A DNA stretch of 64,000 nucleotides. It comes from a plasmid. Under the pieces are notes generated by a model. The model ran no database searches, was not told the origin of the DNA, and saw only the letters and a list, made by a program, of their open reading frames with translations. Below are positions 38,906 to 49,984 of the stretch, piece after piece; the stretch's first letter is position 1, and the number at the start of each line of letters is the position of its first letter. The DNA lies in sequence record NZ_CP011600.1; one strand, given 5' to 3'. A program made the translations under genes and the position numbers.

Positions 38906-39472
38906 ATGCTCGTCGGCTATGCGCGCGTCTCGACGCAGGATCAGAACCTGGAGCTACAGCGAGAGGCCTTGACCCAGGCCGGGTGCCAAAAGCTCTTTGA
39001 GGACAAATTAAGCGGCACGAGAGCCGAGCGCCCCGGCTTGGCCAAGGCGCTTGAAATGCTACGCAAGGGAGACACGCTGGTCGTCTGGAAGCTGGATCGC
39101 CTGGGCCGTAGCGTCAAGCAATTGGTCGATCTGGTCAGCGAGTTGCACAAGCAGAGCATCCAGTTCAAGAGTCTCACCGACGCCATCGACACCGGCACGC
39201 CGTCGGGACGGTTCTTCTTTCACGTCATGGCCAGCCTCGCCGAAATGGAGCGCGAGCTGACGGTGGAGCGGACCCGTGCAGGATTGGCGGTCGCCCGGCT
39301 GTCAGGCCGCAAGGGAGGACGCAAACCGAAGATGACCAAAAGCAAGATTGAATCGGCCAAGAAACTGCTCGCCAGCGGGATCGCTCCCAAGGACGTGGCC
39401 AAGAACCTCGGGGTCTCAATCCCGACGTTGTATCGCTGGGTGCCGGCTTCCGGTCACGCTGAACAAAAATGA
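38906..39472 (+). CDS. tnpR: Tn3-family serine resolvase TnpR, 188 aa
   Basis: MLVGYARVSTQDQNLELQREAL.... Catalytic Ser in RVST. C-terminal HTH. Confidence 0.85.
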   Translation: MLVGYARVSTQDQNLELQREALTQAGCQKLFEDKLSGTRAERPGLAKALEMLRKGDTLVVWKLDRLGRSVKQLVDLVSELHKQSIQFKSLTDAIDTGTPSGRFFFHVMASLAEMERELTVERTRAGLAVARLSGRKGGRKPKMTKSKIESAKKLLASGIAPKDVAKNLGVSIPTLYRWVPASGHAEQK

Positions 39473-39490
39473 ACTCAGAAGAAGGACGAA

Positions 39491-40451
39491 GATGAGCACC
39501 AATCACTCCCATGCCCTACCCAGCGAGCGCAATGAAAAATCGCTCTGGATCGCCCTGGCGCTGACCGGAAGCTTCCTGCTGGCCGAAGTCGCCGCAGGCA
39601 TTGTTTTCAACAGCCTGGCCCTGCTCTCAGATGCGGCGCACATGTTCACGGATGCAGCGGCGCTGGCCATCGCCTTGGCGGCTGTACGGGTGGCGAGACG
39701 GCCAGCCGATGCCAAGCGCACCTATGGCTACTACCGCTTCGAAATCCTTGCGGCCGCATTCAACGCCCTGTTGCTCTTCGGCGTCGCTGGCTACATCCTG
39801 TATGAGGGCTGGCAGCGTTTGCGCGAGCCAGCGCAGGTTCAGTCCAGCGGGATGCTGGTGGTAGCAGTGCTGGGTCTGATCGTCAACCTCATCAGCATGC
39901 GTATGCTTCAGGGCGGCAAGGACAAGAGCCTCAACGTCAAAGGCGCTTATCTGGAGGTCTGGAGCGACATGCTTGGCTCCATCGGCGTGATCGGAGCTGC
40001 GCTGGTCATCCGATTCACCGGCTGGGTGTGGGTAGATGCGGTCGTCGCCGTGGCAATTGGGCTTTGGGTGCTGCCACGAACTTGGCTGCTACTCAAGGAA
40101 AGCCTGAATGTCTTGCTGGAGGGAGTCCCAGACGGCATTGACATGGGAGCCTTGATGGCATCTGTTCAGGCCGTGCCAGGCGTGACAGGGCTGCATGACT
40201 TGCACGTATGGGCGCTCACGAGCGGCAAGGTCAGCATGACCGCTCATATCGTGTATGCGCCGGAAATAGGGCCCGACGAGTTGCTCAAAACCCTCAAGTT
40301 GTTGCTGGCTGACCGATTCAGCATCTTCCATACGACGCTGCAACTGGAGATTGTTGCCTGTGAGCACAGCGTCGATGGGTGCAACTTCGTGGATCATCGC
40401 CACAAAGAACCGAGTTCTCAACCAGACCAAGCCGCAGCCCGGCAGGCGTGA
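39491..40451 (+). CDS. czcD: Cation diffusion facilitator family divalent-metal exporter (CzcD/ZitB-like), 320 aa
   Basis: His-rich N-terminus (MSTNHSHALPSE). CDF signature in TM2 and TM5 (HMFTDAAALAIAL; HVWALTSG). Six TM plus cytoplasmic domain. Confidence 0.8.
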
Positions 40452-40505
40452 CTAATGGGACTCCTACTACCCGGCTAGCCAAACCGGTCTTAGCGTACGA
40501 TTTTT

Positions 40506-41832
40506 AATGAGATGGTCACTCCCTCCTTCCCAGTACTATGCTGAGGACAGGCTTTCATTCGGAGAACCATCATGGAAAACATTGCGCTTATTGGTATCGA
40601 TCTGGGTAAGAACTCTTTCCATATTCATTGTCAGGATCATCGTGGGAAGGCCGTTTACCGTAAAAAATTCACCCGACCAAAGCTAATCGAATTTCTGGCG
40701 ACATGCCCGGCAACAACCATCGCGATGGAAGCCTGTGGCGGTTCTCACTTTATGGCACGCAAGCTGGCAGAGTTAGGGCATTTTCCAAAGCTGATATCAC
40801 CGCAATTTGTCCGCCCATTCGTTAAAAGCAACAAAAATGACTTCGTTGATGCTGAAGCTATCTGTGAAGCAGCATCACGTCCATCTATGCGTTTCGTGCA
40901 GCCCAGAACCGAATCTCAGCAGGCAATGCGAGCTCTGCATCGTGTCCGTGAATCCCTGGTTCAGGATAAGGTGAAAACAACTAATCAGATGCATGCTTTT
41001 CTGCTGGAATTTGGTATCAGCGTTCCGCGAGGTGCTGCCGTTATTAGTCGACTGAGTACCCTTCTTGAGGACAGTAGTTTGCCTCTTTATCTCAGCCAGT
41101 TACTGCTGAAATTACAACAGCATTATCACTATCTTGTTGAGCAGATTAAAGATCTGGAATCTCAGTTGAAACGAAAGTTGGACGAAGATGAGGTTGGACA
41201 GCGCTTGCTGAGTATTCCCTGCGTTGGAACGCTGACTGCCAGTACTATTTCAACTGAGATTGGCGACGGGAAGCAGTACGCCAGCAGCCGTGACTTTGCG
41301 GCGGCAACAGGGCTGGTACCCCGACAGTACAGCACGGGAGGTCGGACGACATTGTTAGGGATTAGCAAGCGGGGCAACAAAAAGATCCGAACTTTGTTGG
41401 TTCAGTGTGCCAGGGTATTCATACAAAAACTGGAACACCAGTCTGGCAAGTTGGCCGACTGGGTCAGGGAGTTGTTGTGTCGGAAAAGCAACTTTGTCGT
41501 CACCTGTGCTCTGGCAAACAAGCTGGCCAGAATAGCCTGGGCACTGACGGCGCGACAGCAAACTTACGAAGCATAAAGGCAGAAATACACCAGTTTAAAC
41601 AATCATTCATCTGGTTTTGCGAATACTGATATTGATGATACTAACGGCCCACCGGCCTGTTGAGGAACCTGTAAAACGGAAAGGCTCATTGAAGCCGTAT
41701 ATTTTCTGGAGGTTCATCAGGCGCGGAACTCATCGAGGCGCGGGAATAAAATCCCATTCAGACGCCGGATAGATTCAAGCAAGCCAACTTGTCGTCAAAA
41801 TCGGTGTTGCAAAAACGGGAGTGACCATAGAT
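40506..41832 (+). mobile_element. IS4321/IS5075-like IS, copy 6, in the czcD-proximal IR of the same transposon
   Basis: Inner IR half (revcomp) CTTAGCGTACGATTTTT 40489-40505. Outer half TCCGTTTTCTGAGACGACCCC 41833-41853. Confidence 0.85.
40572..41576 (+). CDS. IS110-family transposase (IS5075 type)
   Basis: Identical 334-aa ORF; only copy on the + strand. Confidence 0.9.
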   Translation: MENIALIGIDLGKNSFHIHCQDHRGKAVYRKKFTRPKLIEFLATCPATTIAMEACGGSHFMARKLAELGHFPKLISPQFVRPFVKSNKNDFVDAEAICEAASRPSMRFVQPRTESQQAMRALHRVRESLVQDKVKTTNQMHAFLLEFGISVPRGAAVISRLSTLLEDSSLPLYLSQLLLKLQQHYHYLVEQIKDLESQLKRKLDEDEVGQRLLSIPCVGTLTASTISTEIGDGKQYASSRDFAAATGLVPRQYSTGGRTTLLGISKRGNKKIRTLLVQCARVFIQKLEHQSGKLADWVRELLCRKSNFVVTCALANKLARIAWALTARQQTYEA

Positions 41833-41853
41833 TCCGTTTTCTGAGACGACCCC

Positions 41854-43458
41854 ACCAAGGGCAGCCATGGCATTGACCTCTTCAAGTCTGGACTGAAGCA
41901 GAGTCATACGGCTGGCAATGTACTCATGATAATCAGCAGATACGGGCAGTGGCAGCGCCGGTGTGAGTTTGTCAAAGTCCTTTTCGGGAATGAGGTAATC
42001 ATCAAAATTTTTGTAGCGGCGTGAGCCTTTAACCCAGATGTCCCCGGAGCGCAACGCTCCCTTAAGCTCGCTGAGCGCACAAAATTCATAATACTGCCGG
42101 TCAATACCCGCAGGTGTAATCACCACCTTGCGCCAGCTTTCAGGGACAAACTCAAGCGGCGCAGTCGCCGGAACTTTACGTGACTGCTTCCGGTACATAT
42201 CCTTGATCACAACCAGCGCATCAGCCAGAGGTTGTGCTGCCGGGGTTGCGACTAACTGTAAAGCGGACAACATGCGCGGGGCATATTTCCGTAATGTGCT
42301 GTATTTCTCAGTAATAATATGCAGCGGGTCAAAATTATTTTTTCTGGCGAGATGGCGTGTTTCCTCCAGACTGGCGACAAATTCAGGCCACGGGAGTATG
42401 TTTTCTATTGCGAGCCATGGATCGCCACCGGAGTCGCGGGCATCAGACAGCGCCTGACCAACATCGATGTACTGCCTCAGTTTGGACTGGATCAGCTTTC
42501 CGGTCTGCTGAAGGCGCTCAGCCTGTGTTCTTTTGGCTTTGTTGAAAAGGCTGTTCAGCATTCGTTCATGCAGCTCAATCACTTCGTCTGTCAGTGTGGC
42601 TCTGGCTTCTTCCAGCACGCAGACCAGGATCGCATGACGGCGGGCTGCTGAAAATCGGGTCAAATCCCGGCTACTCATCTTTCGGCCTTCCCGCGCCAGT
42701 TTCAGCAACCGGTTCTGGTGAATGGTACGATCTATACCTTCAGGTAATGCCAGCGATTCAATGCTGCTGAGCCGATCAAGATGTTGCAGTACGTTCTTAC
42801 CATTGATTTTACCCGGCGGTTGCAGAAGCCATGTCAGCCTGGAAGGCTGATTATCTGATGACTCAAGTAAACGATCCAGGGCATCCCGGTGCGCCGGAGT
42901 TAACGGGGCATTCAGGGTCTGAAATACGATTTTATCTCCGCCAGCCATGGCCTCCGCACAGGTCCGCTCCACGACATCAATCGCGGGAATTATCACGTTG
43001 TTCTGCCGGAGCCAGACCAGTAACTCTTCGGCCAGGAGAATACCTTTATCGGTGCGCGTCGCCATCGACAACAGGTGCGTAATACCGTCCTGCTGTATTT
43101 TGCCGGTGAACGCCTTTACGCCAAGATAGCGGTACAGTTCGGTTAAATGCTCACGCCGGGTCGTATCCCTGCCGGAAAGGTAAGCAGGCCAGAGATCCCC
43201 GGTAAGCTTTAGCCTGCTGGCGATATGCTTCAGCAGCGCATCAGAGGGTGGGATTTTTTTATCCGGAGCAAAGCCGACATTTTTCAGGTAGCAAAGAAGG
43301 ACGGCAAAACCAAAACGGCTGGCAGGTTTACGGTGAGCACTGATAAGTGCCAGATCATGCTCACTGAAATAGGCCATTCGGGTCAGCGTTAACTCATCAT
43401 CTGGCAATGCCAGTAATGATTCTCTTTCCGACAGAGAAAGAATCTGCCTCCTTGCCAT
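41854..43458 (-). pseudogene. tnpA: Tn3-family transposase TnpA, N-terminal 535 codons only; 3' part deleted at the insertion point of the czcD transposon
   Basis: MARRQILSLSERESLLALPDDELTLTRMAYF.... Distantly related to the Tn21-type TnpA above. Table ORF reads on through the IR into IS5075. Confidence 0.75.
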
Positions 43459-43632
43459 ATAGTTTCCCTCATAAATTATTTGATGCGGAATTTTTAACAA
43501 AAATGGTATCGCATAAGGGTACACCCTATTGCTATAGGCAAGCCTGTTCAAAAAACAGGCTTGCCGTACAATAATTCTCTATATCCAAACTGACCCCTAA
43601 GAGACTGGCAAACCATACATAACCTTGAAACG

Positions 43633-44031
43633 TTGGCCGAACGCGCCGGGCTGGCGACGCGCAGTGATGCGGGTCACAAGTCGATTTCTCGTGCCAGCCG
43701 GGGATGTGATCGCCTCTCCTGGCTTAATGCCATCATCTCGGAAAAAGCCCCTTTCAACCCTTATGACGCCCGTTGCGCCTGCAAGCACATTGAGGTTACA
43801 GAGGATTTCTTCGCCATTCTCGGCATCCCGCTAAAACAGGTTTACCGGGAACGCGCCAGGCTGCTTAAGGCCAACCCGGAAGAAATCATATCCTCCGGGG
43901 ATGTCCGGTTAATCGCTATCAAGGTTGAGAACTGGACGCGTAAGGCCGCTGCCGGGTTAGCCAGGATGAAAGCGAAGCGTGAAGTGGCTCGCCAGCGCAA
44001 ACAGGAATACTACTCCCTAACCTTTGCCTGA
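43633..44031 (+). CDS. Hypothetical protein, 132 aa, in the position where a resolvase would be expected; not a serine recombinase
   Basis: ORF divergent from truncated tnpA across a 170-bp putative res region. Followed by a strong GC hairpin. Confidence 0.4.
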   Translation: MAERAGLATRSDAGHKSISRASRGCDRLSWLNAIISEKAPFNPYDARCACKHIEVTEDFFAILGIPLKQVYRERARLLKANPEEIISSGDVRLIAIKVENWTRKAAAGLARMKAKREVARQRKQEYYSLTFA

Positions 44032-44756
44032 TCCCCGCCTACTACCGCCTTAGCTGGCGGGGATTCTGCACGTCTGCAATAAACCTCAGTACAAAAAACA
44101 GCCTTAACGTACAATAATTTTCGAAATCCAACCCATCCCGCCTACAGGAATGACGGATTTTTCGGCGGTTCCGGCGTAGACCCACCACAACTGCTGTATA
44201 GCTTGTGGGTAAGTGATAATGAAGTGCAAACGAGATGGCGCAAATACTCTTTTGGTTTATCTTTTAATTACTTACGTATTAAAAGATAAACCAAAAAATA
44301 AAAGACATTACTGTTATCCCCTTTAAAAAGTGGATAACCGAACAGCATCGGCGCGAGCGCCTCAAAAGTAGCTCCCCACGCTAAAGCGCGGGGCATTCAG
44401 AACGGAATCCCTCGATGGCTAACAGGCGAGCTGTTAGCCATCGAGGGATTGGACAAATCCGGCCACGCCGGATACGTCAGCAAATATCGCTGAAGAATTA
44501 GCTTACACGCTCGTAAGCGGCTCTTACGACCCGCTAACGCGGAGATACGCCCCAACTGCGGCTTCGCCTTGTTGTGACCACTCCGACCGCGCACAAAAGC
44601 CTCTGAGCCGCTTTTAGCGGAATATGGCTTTGCAGGGTGAAGGGATGGATAGGCGATCCCTTTCGATCCCTCACTGGTATCGGCGGCTAACCCTCGGTGC
44701 TACCTGTCATTTCATCCTGCCGCCTTACATGCGCTAACGCGCATAAATCCCCGTTC

Positions 44757-44782
44757 CTCAGTGGAACGAAAACTCACGCTAA
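44757..44782 (+). repeat. Partial (inner 26 bp) Tn3-type IR CTCAGTGGAACGAAAACTCACGCTAA
   Basis: 25/26 match to the inner part of the Tn3 IR. Outer GGGGTCTGACG replaced by unrelated sequence. Confidence 0.55.
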
Positions 44783-44894
44783 CAGGGTAGTGACCGGGTA
44801 GCCACGATAACTGCCAACAAAATTAGCTTATAGGTTAATTCTACCTTGTCTGAAATTAGCCTATAGGTTAATATTAATAGAAATGGGAGGTCAC

Positions 44895-45224
44895 ATGTTT
44901 AGCGTTGTTTATCACCCGGAAGCCAGGGAAGAAGCCACAGCATTACCCGTAAAAATCAGGGTGAAGTTTGACCGTCTCATCGGCAAACTGGAGTATGACG
45001 CCCGATTACTGCGGGAGCCGGACACGAAGCCCCTGGGCGATGGACTTTTTGAGATCCGCACGATGGGGACGGACATAGCCAGGGGAATCTGGGTATACCA
45101 CAAAGGCAATACCATCATCATGCTCCGTGTTTTCATCAAGAAGTCACAGAAAACGCCAGCGAAAGAAATCGATCTCGCCAAAAAGCGGTTAGCGGAGGTA
45201 CTTAATGAAACTGGTAAGCCATAA
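44895..45224 (+). CDS. RelE/ParE-superfamily toxin of HigB / Gp49-like type, 109 aa
   Basis: Motifs DGLFEIR...GIWVYHKGNTIIMLRVFIKKSQKTP typical of HigB-like killer proteins. Toxin-first gene order with downstream HTH antitoxin. RBS GGGAGG. Confidence 0.55.
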   Translation: MFSVVYHPEAREEATALPVKIRVKFDRLIGKLEYDARLLREPDTKPLGDGLFEIRTMGTDIARGIWVYHKGNTIIMLRVFIKKSQKTPAKEIDLAKKRLAEVLNETGKP

Positions 45225-45486
45225 AGAACTGCATAACGAGTGGATGCAGGACGATGAATATCGCGCTGCATGGCAGGAAGAAGAACGTAAGGAAAAGCTC
45301 AGGGAGCTGCTTGCTGAATGGCGCAAGCATGACAACCTGACAAAAGCGCAGGTTGCTGAACGCATGGGGGTTACACCTCCGGTTATTTCTCGCCTGGAAA
45401 ACAACATCACCAAAGCCAGCATCGACACACTGACCCGCTACGCTCACGCCTGCGGCATCAAGAAACCTGTCATTGCCCTGTACTGA
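45205..45486 (+). CDS. XRE-family HTH antitoxin (HigA-like), 93 aa
   Basis: HTH LTKAQVAERMGVTPPVISRLEN. Overlaps toxin 3' end by 20 bp. Confidence 0.6.
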   Translation: MKLVSHKELHNEWMQDDEYRAAWQEEERKEKLRELLAEWRKHDNLTKAQVAERMGVTPPVISRLENNITKASIDTLTRYAHACGIKKPVIALY

Positions 45487-45489
45487 ATA

Positions 45490-45517
45490 GCCAGCCCTCC
45501 GGGGCTGGCCTTTTTGT
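45490..45517 (+). terminator. Intrinsic terminator after the HigBA-like pair
   Basis: GCCAGCCC-tccg-GGGCTGGC followed by CTTTTTGTTT. Confidence 0.7.
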
Positions 45518-45863
45518 TTCGGTCAGTCCCAAAATTTTGTTAAAGCAAGTTTAAAATGTCACCTGTTTCTCCAAAGTTGAAATGTCACTTCTAAGCCAAT
45601 CTATTTATACATAATCTTTACATCTTTCCCCGGTGACAAAGTGCTAATTGGTCTGTAATGTTCAATGTGTGGCAGGCAAGCCGCCGGTGACTTAGGCATA
45701 AGTTGCTGATGGGTCGAAAAGAATCTCCGAGACTGCCTTGTGGGCAAACTTGTCATTGGCAGGGCCGATGGTGAGGGTTGAAGGTCGTTCTGGAAAGCTC
45801 GAAACGTGGGAACAATACCGGTTACGTAAACCACGAACTGTCCAAGGCTGCGGCAGTATAAAT

Positions 45864-46683
45864 GGCACTGTTGCAAAGTTAGCGATGAGGCAGCCTTTTG
45901 TCTTATTCAAAGGCCTTACATTTCAAAAACTCTGCTTACCAGGCGCATTTCGCCCAGGGGATCACCATAATAAAATGCTGAGGCCTGGCCTTTGCGTAGT
46001 GCACGCATCACCTCAATACCTTTGATGGTGGCGTAAGCCGTCTTCATGGATTTAAATCCCAGCGTGGCGTTGATTATCCGTTTCAGTTTGCCATGATCGC
46101 ATTCAATCACGTTGTTCCGGTACTTAATCTGTCGGTGTTCAACGTCAGACGGGCACCGGCCTTCGCGTTTGAGCAGAGCAAGCGCGCGACCATAGGCGGG
46201 CGCTTTATCCGTGTTGATGAATCGTGGGATCTGCCACTTCTTCACGTTGTTGAGGATTTTACCCAGAAACCGGTATGCAGCTTTGCTGTTACGACGGGAG
46301 GAGAGATAAAAATCGACAGTGCGGCCCCGGCTGTCGACGGCCCGGTACAGATACGCCCAGCGGCCATTGACCTTCACGTAGGTTTCATCCATGTGCCACG
46401 GGCAAAGATCGGAAGGGTTACGCCAGTACCAGCGCAGCCGTTTTTCCATTTCAGGCGCATAACGCTGAACCCAGCGGTAAATCGTGGAGTGATCGACATT
46501 CACTCCGCGTTCAGCCAGCATCTCCTGCAGCTCACGGTAACTGATGCCGTATTTGCAGTACCAGCGTACGGCCCACAGAATGATGTCACGCTGAAAATGC
46601 CGGCCTTTGAATGGGTTCATGTGCAGCTCCATCAGCAAAAGGGGATGATAAGTTTATCACCACCGACTATTTGCAACAGTGCC
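45864..46683 (-). mobile_element. IS26, copy 2, inverted relative to copy 1
   Basis: IRs GGCACTGTTGCAAA at 45864-45877 and inverted copy at 46670-46683. No target duplication. One aa differs from copy 1 (G to N in ...RIINATLGF). Confidence 0.95.
45916..46620 (-). CDS. tnp26: IS26 transposase Tnp26
   Basis: 234 aa from MNPFKG; table ORF begins at upstream TTG. Confidence 0.95.
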   Translation of the reverse strand: MNPFKGRHFQRDIILWAVRWYCKYGISYRELQEMLAERGVNVDHSTIYRWVQRYAPEMEKRLRWYWRNPSDLCPWHMDETYVKVNGRWAYLYRAVDSRGRTVDFYLSSRRNSKAAYRFLGKILNNVKKWQIPRFINTDKAPAYGRALALLKREGRCPSDVEHRQIKYRNNVIECDHGKLKRIINATLGFKSMKTAYATIKGIEVMRALRKGQASAFYYGDPLGEMRLVSRVFEM

Positions 46684-46883
46684 GATCTCCATGCCCTCCG
46701 TGGCCGTGGAAAAGATGCATTAGCGGGCAGACCAGCAATAACAGATATGGCCAGTAACCTGCCACATGTGACCAGTGTTCGCGCAGGAGGGCAAATGCCG
46801 CGATCGCGGCGACAGCAATAAGCGCATAGGTGGTACTTTTCATACCGGACTCCTTCTGTTCGTAACAGCCCCTTCACTCAGTG

Positions 46884-49331
46884 TTATTTCCCGAGCCTGA
46901 CACTTTTCAGACGCAACGCATTCACAATGACGCTGACGGAGGAAAGAGCCATGGCCGCCGCCGCAATAACTGGCGACAGCAGTATTCCATACACAGGATA
47001 AAGCAGACCTGCAGCCACAGGCACGCCAAGTGCGTTGTAGATAAATGCAAAAAACAGATTCTGTCGGATATTTTTCATGGTGATTTCTGACAGATGACGG
47101 GCCCTGTTCAGTATCATCAGGTCGCCTTTGAGAAGGGTGACTCCGGCACTTTCAATTGCCACATCTGTACCCGTTCCCATGGCTATACCCACGTCAGCCG
47201 CTGCCAGCGCCGGGGCATCATTCACACCGTCTCCGGCCATCGCAACCACATGGCCAGACGCTTTCAGTCGGGTTATCACTGCTTTTTTGCCATCCGGCAG
47301 AATCCCGGCTTCAACCTCATCTATTCCCAGTTTCCGTGCGACTGCTTCAGCGGTAAGCTGGTTATCCCCGGTGAGCATAACGATGCGGATCCCCGCCTGA
47401 CGCAAAGCTTTAAGCGCATCCGGCGTGGTTGCTTTCACGGGATCCGAGATAGCTATCAGGCCTGCAAGGTGCCCGTCTGTGGCCACATAGATAACGGTAG
47501 CGCCTTCCATCCGCAACGTATCCGCAACGGCCTTTTGATTATCAATAACGATACTGTTTTCCTGCATAGCCAGTTCATTACCAATAACAACCCGTTGACC
47601 TTCGACATCGCCTGAGACACCTTTACCCGACGGCGCATTGAAATGAGTGACTGCGGGTATTGCGATCCCCTTTTCCTGTGCTGCTTTAACTACTGCCATA
47701 CCCAGCGGATGCTGCGAGCCTTTTTCCACTGCGGCCGTTACACGCAAAAGAGATGTTTCCCCACCCGGATTGAGACTGATAATCCCTGTCACCGTCGGCG
47801 AACCTTCCGTGAGCGTGCCTGTTTTGTCGACAACCAGCGTGTCCACTTTTTCAAGACGCTCAAGGGCTTCGGCATTCCTGATTAACACCCCGGCCTGGGC
47901 TCCTTTGCCCACCCCCACCATTATCGACATCGGCGTGGCCAGCCCCAGCGCGCAGGGACAGGCAATAATCAGGACCGACACAGCCGCAATGAGACCGTGC
48001 GCCATCCTGGGCTCGGGCCCCCAGACAGACCAGATCATGAAAGCAACAACCGCGATAAGTATCACCAGAGGAACAAACCAGCCTGAAACGCTGTCAGCCA
48101 TTCTCTGGATGGGGGCCCGCGAACGCTGTGCATCAGCGACCATCTGAACAATTCGTGAGAGCATCGTTTCATCACCGACTTTCTCTGCACGGATGATAAG
48201 ACTACCTGTCTGATTAATGGTCCCCCCGATGACAGGGTCACCCTCCGTTTTGGTAACAGGCATAGATTCCCCGGTCACCATCGATTCATCAACGGTTGTT
48301 TTGCCTTCGACCACGATACCGTCGACCGGAATACTCTCTCCAGGTCTGATGCGGAGCTTATCGCCAGGCAGGACATCTTCCGCATTAATATCCGTTTCAT
48401 GACCGTCTTGATCCAGCCGCCTGGCGGTTTTGGGGGCAAGGTTAAGAAGCGCAGTAATGGCACCTGAGGTTTGTTCCCTTGCCCGCAATTCAAGGACCTG
48501 TCCCAGCAGAACAAGCACCGTAATAACTGCTGCGGCTTCAAAATAAACGGCCACCAGGCCATCCATGTTTCTGAACGATGCAGGAAACCAGGAGGGGAAG
48601 ACGGTTGCAATGACGCTGTAAACCCAGGCTACGCCGGTCCCCATTGCAACAAGGGTAAACATATTCAGGGAGCGGTTACGTAACGACATTACGGCCCGGG
48701 CGAAGAATGGCCAGCCACACCACAACACGACAGGGGAGGCCAGAAGCAGCTGCAGCCATGTGTTGTACTGTGGCGGTACTGTATTCCTCAAGTCGGGAAA
48801 CAGATGAGATCCCATTTCGAGTACCAGAACCGGAAACGCCAGCAACAACCCCAGCCAGAAGCGTCTTGTCATGTCGTGAAGTTCATCACTCGGCCCCGTG
48901 GATGCCGTAGCTACGAGCGGCTCCAGTGCCATTCCACAGACAGGACAGCTTCCGGGACCACTGCGGCGTATCTCCGGGTGCATCGGACATGTCCACACAC
49001 CTTCAGAATTCTCTTTTTCCGCCTGGTGGTGAGGCTGTTTTATCTGATCAGGGCTGACTTCGTGATGATCGTGGTGATGGTGATGGGAATGTTCACTGGC
49101 ATCTTCGGTAAGATAACGATCGGGATGGGCTTTAAATTTACTCTCACAGCTGGCGGAGCAGAAATAAAGTTGATGGTCCTGGTATCGAATGCTGCTGTGC
49201 GCCCTGTCGGGCAGGATGGCCATCCCGCACACGGGATCTCTCACCTTATGCAATACGTGGCCCTCGTCCGGGGATAATGTCTGCTCAGAAGCAGTCTGGT
49301 TGTTGTGTTGCACTGCATTGTCATTTTTCAC
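46884..49331 (-). CDS. silP: Ag+/Cu+ P1B-type ATPase SilP
   Basis: 815 aa. His-rich N-terminus ([10 protein letters not shown]). CPC (IIACPCALG). [15 protein letters not shown]. Arrangement silA-orf-silP as in sil clusters. Confidence 0.85.
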   Translation of the reverse strand: MKNDNAVQHNNQTASEQTLSPDEGHVLHKVRDPVCGMAILPDRAHSSIRYQDHQLYFCSASCESKFKAHPDRYLTEDASEHSHHHHHDHHEVSPDQIKQPHHQAEKENSEGVWTCPMHPEIRRSGPGSCPVCGMALEPLVATASTGPSDELHDMTRRFWLGLLLAFPVLVLEMGSHLFPDLRNTVPPQYNTWLQLLLASPVVLWCGWPFFARAVMSLRNRSLNMFTLVAMGTGVAWVYSVIATVFPSWFPASFRNMDGLVAVYFEAAAVITVLVLLGQVLELRAREQTSGAITALLNLAPKTARRLDQDGHETDINAEDVLPGDKLRIRPGESIPVDGIVVEGKTTVDESMVTGESMPVTKTEGDPVIGGTINQTGSLIIRAEKVGDETMLSRIVQMVADAQRSRAPIQRMADSVSGWFVPLVILIAVVAFMIWSVWGPEPRMAHGLIAAVSVLIIACPCALGLATPMSIMVGVGKGAQAGVLIRNAEALERLEKVDTLVVDKTGTLTEGSPTVTGIISLNPGGETSLLRVTAAVEKGSQHPLGMAVVKAAQEKGIAIPAVTHFNAPSGKGVSGDVEGQRVVIGNELAMQENSIVIDNQKAVADTLRMEGATVIYVATDGHLAGLIAISDPVKATTPDALKALRQAGIRIVMLTGDNQLTAEAVARKLGIDEVEAGILPDGKKAVITRLKASGHVVAMAGDGVNDAPALAAADVGIAMGTGTDVAIESAGVTLLKGDLMILNRARHLSEITMKNIRQNLFFAFIYNALGVPVAAGLLYPVYGILLSPVIAAAAMALSSVSVIVNALRLKSVRLGK

Positions 49332-49457
49332 AGTAACTCTCCTTATGCATACCGAAGCATCTTCTGTCTTCAGGGTATGTCATGGATGCGATTACCACGA
49401 ATATCGCCGGCACAGGAGTGCCTGCTACCGGCGTCCCGTTATCAGCCGTTCCGCTGA

Positions 49458-49904
49458 CTATTCGATTCGCTGGAAGACTTTTTTACTTCCATCCGGTGAG
49501 AATGCGATAACATCGTAAGCCTCTTTTCGGGCTCCCATCTCCATTCCAGGACTTCCTGCTGGCATACCGGGGGTGGCGAGACCGTATATACCCGAACCAG
49601 ACTGCATTGCCTTATGTATCGTTGTCGCAGGCACATGGCCTTCAATGATCAAATTACCGGCAACCGCGGTATGACAACTTCGTAGTCCTGCAGGAATAGC
49701 ATGCTTTTCTTTCAGGGCTGACAGCGCCTGATCATTCATGACGTGAGTTCGTACTTCAAACCCGTCTTTTTCCATCGCCTTGCCCCACAGGGAACAACAG
49801 CCACAGTTTTCAGATTTGTACATATCAATCACTTTTTCACTCGCCATTGCGGGCAGTGAAAGGCCGAGAGCCAGGGCCACCAGGACCACTTTTTTCATAC
49901 TCAC
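49458..49904 (-). CDS. silG: DUF411 / CopG-like periplasmic metal-binding protein (SilG/ORF105-like)
   Basis: Signal peptide. CGCC motif. Met-rich PGMPAGSPGMEMG segment. Located between silA and silP. Confidence 0.65.
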   Translation of the reverse strand: MSMKKVVLVALALGLSLPAMASEKVIDMYKSENCGCCSLWGKAMEKDGFEVRTHVMNDQALSALKEKHAIPAGLRSCHTAVAGNLIIEGHVPATTIHKAMQSGSGIYGLATPGMPAGSPGMEMGARKEAYDVIAFSPDGSKKVFQRIE

Positions 49905-49984
49905 CTCTGTATATTATCGATATAACCCCTGACGTCAGGATGAATCAGTACAGAAGGGCACCCACAGAGGATGCCCTTACAGGG

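Noticed and set aside
44034-44062. GC hairpin CCCCGCC...GGCGGGG after ORF 43633-44031 considered as intrinsic terminator
   Set aside because: No U-tract follows the stem, so not listed as a terminator. May still pause transcription.
45521-45863. Short ORFs (91, 72, 95 aa) between the HigBA-like terminator and IS26 copy 2
   Set aside because: Mutually overlapping, no motifs. Probably fragments of a gene destroyed by IS26.
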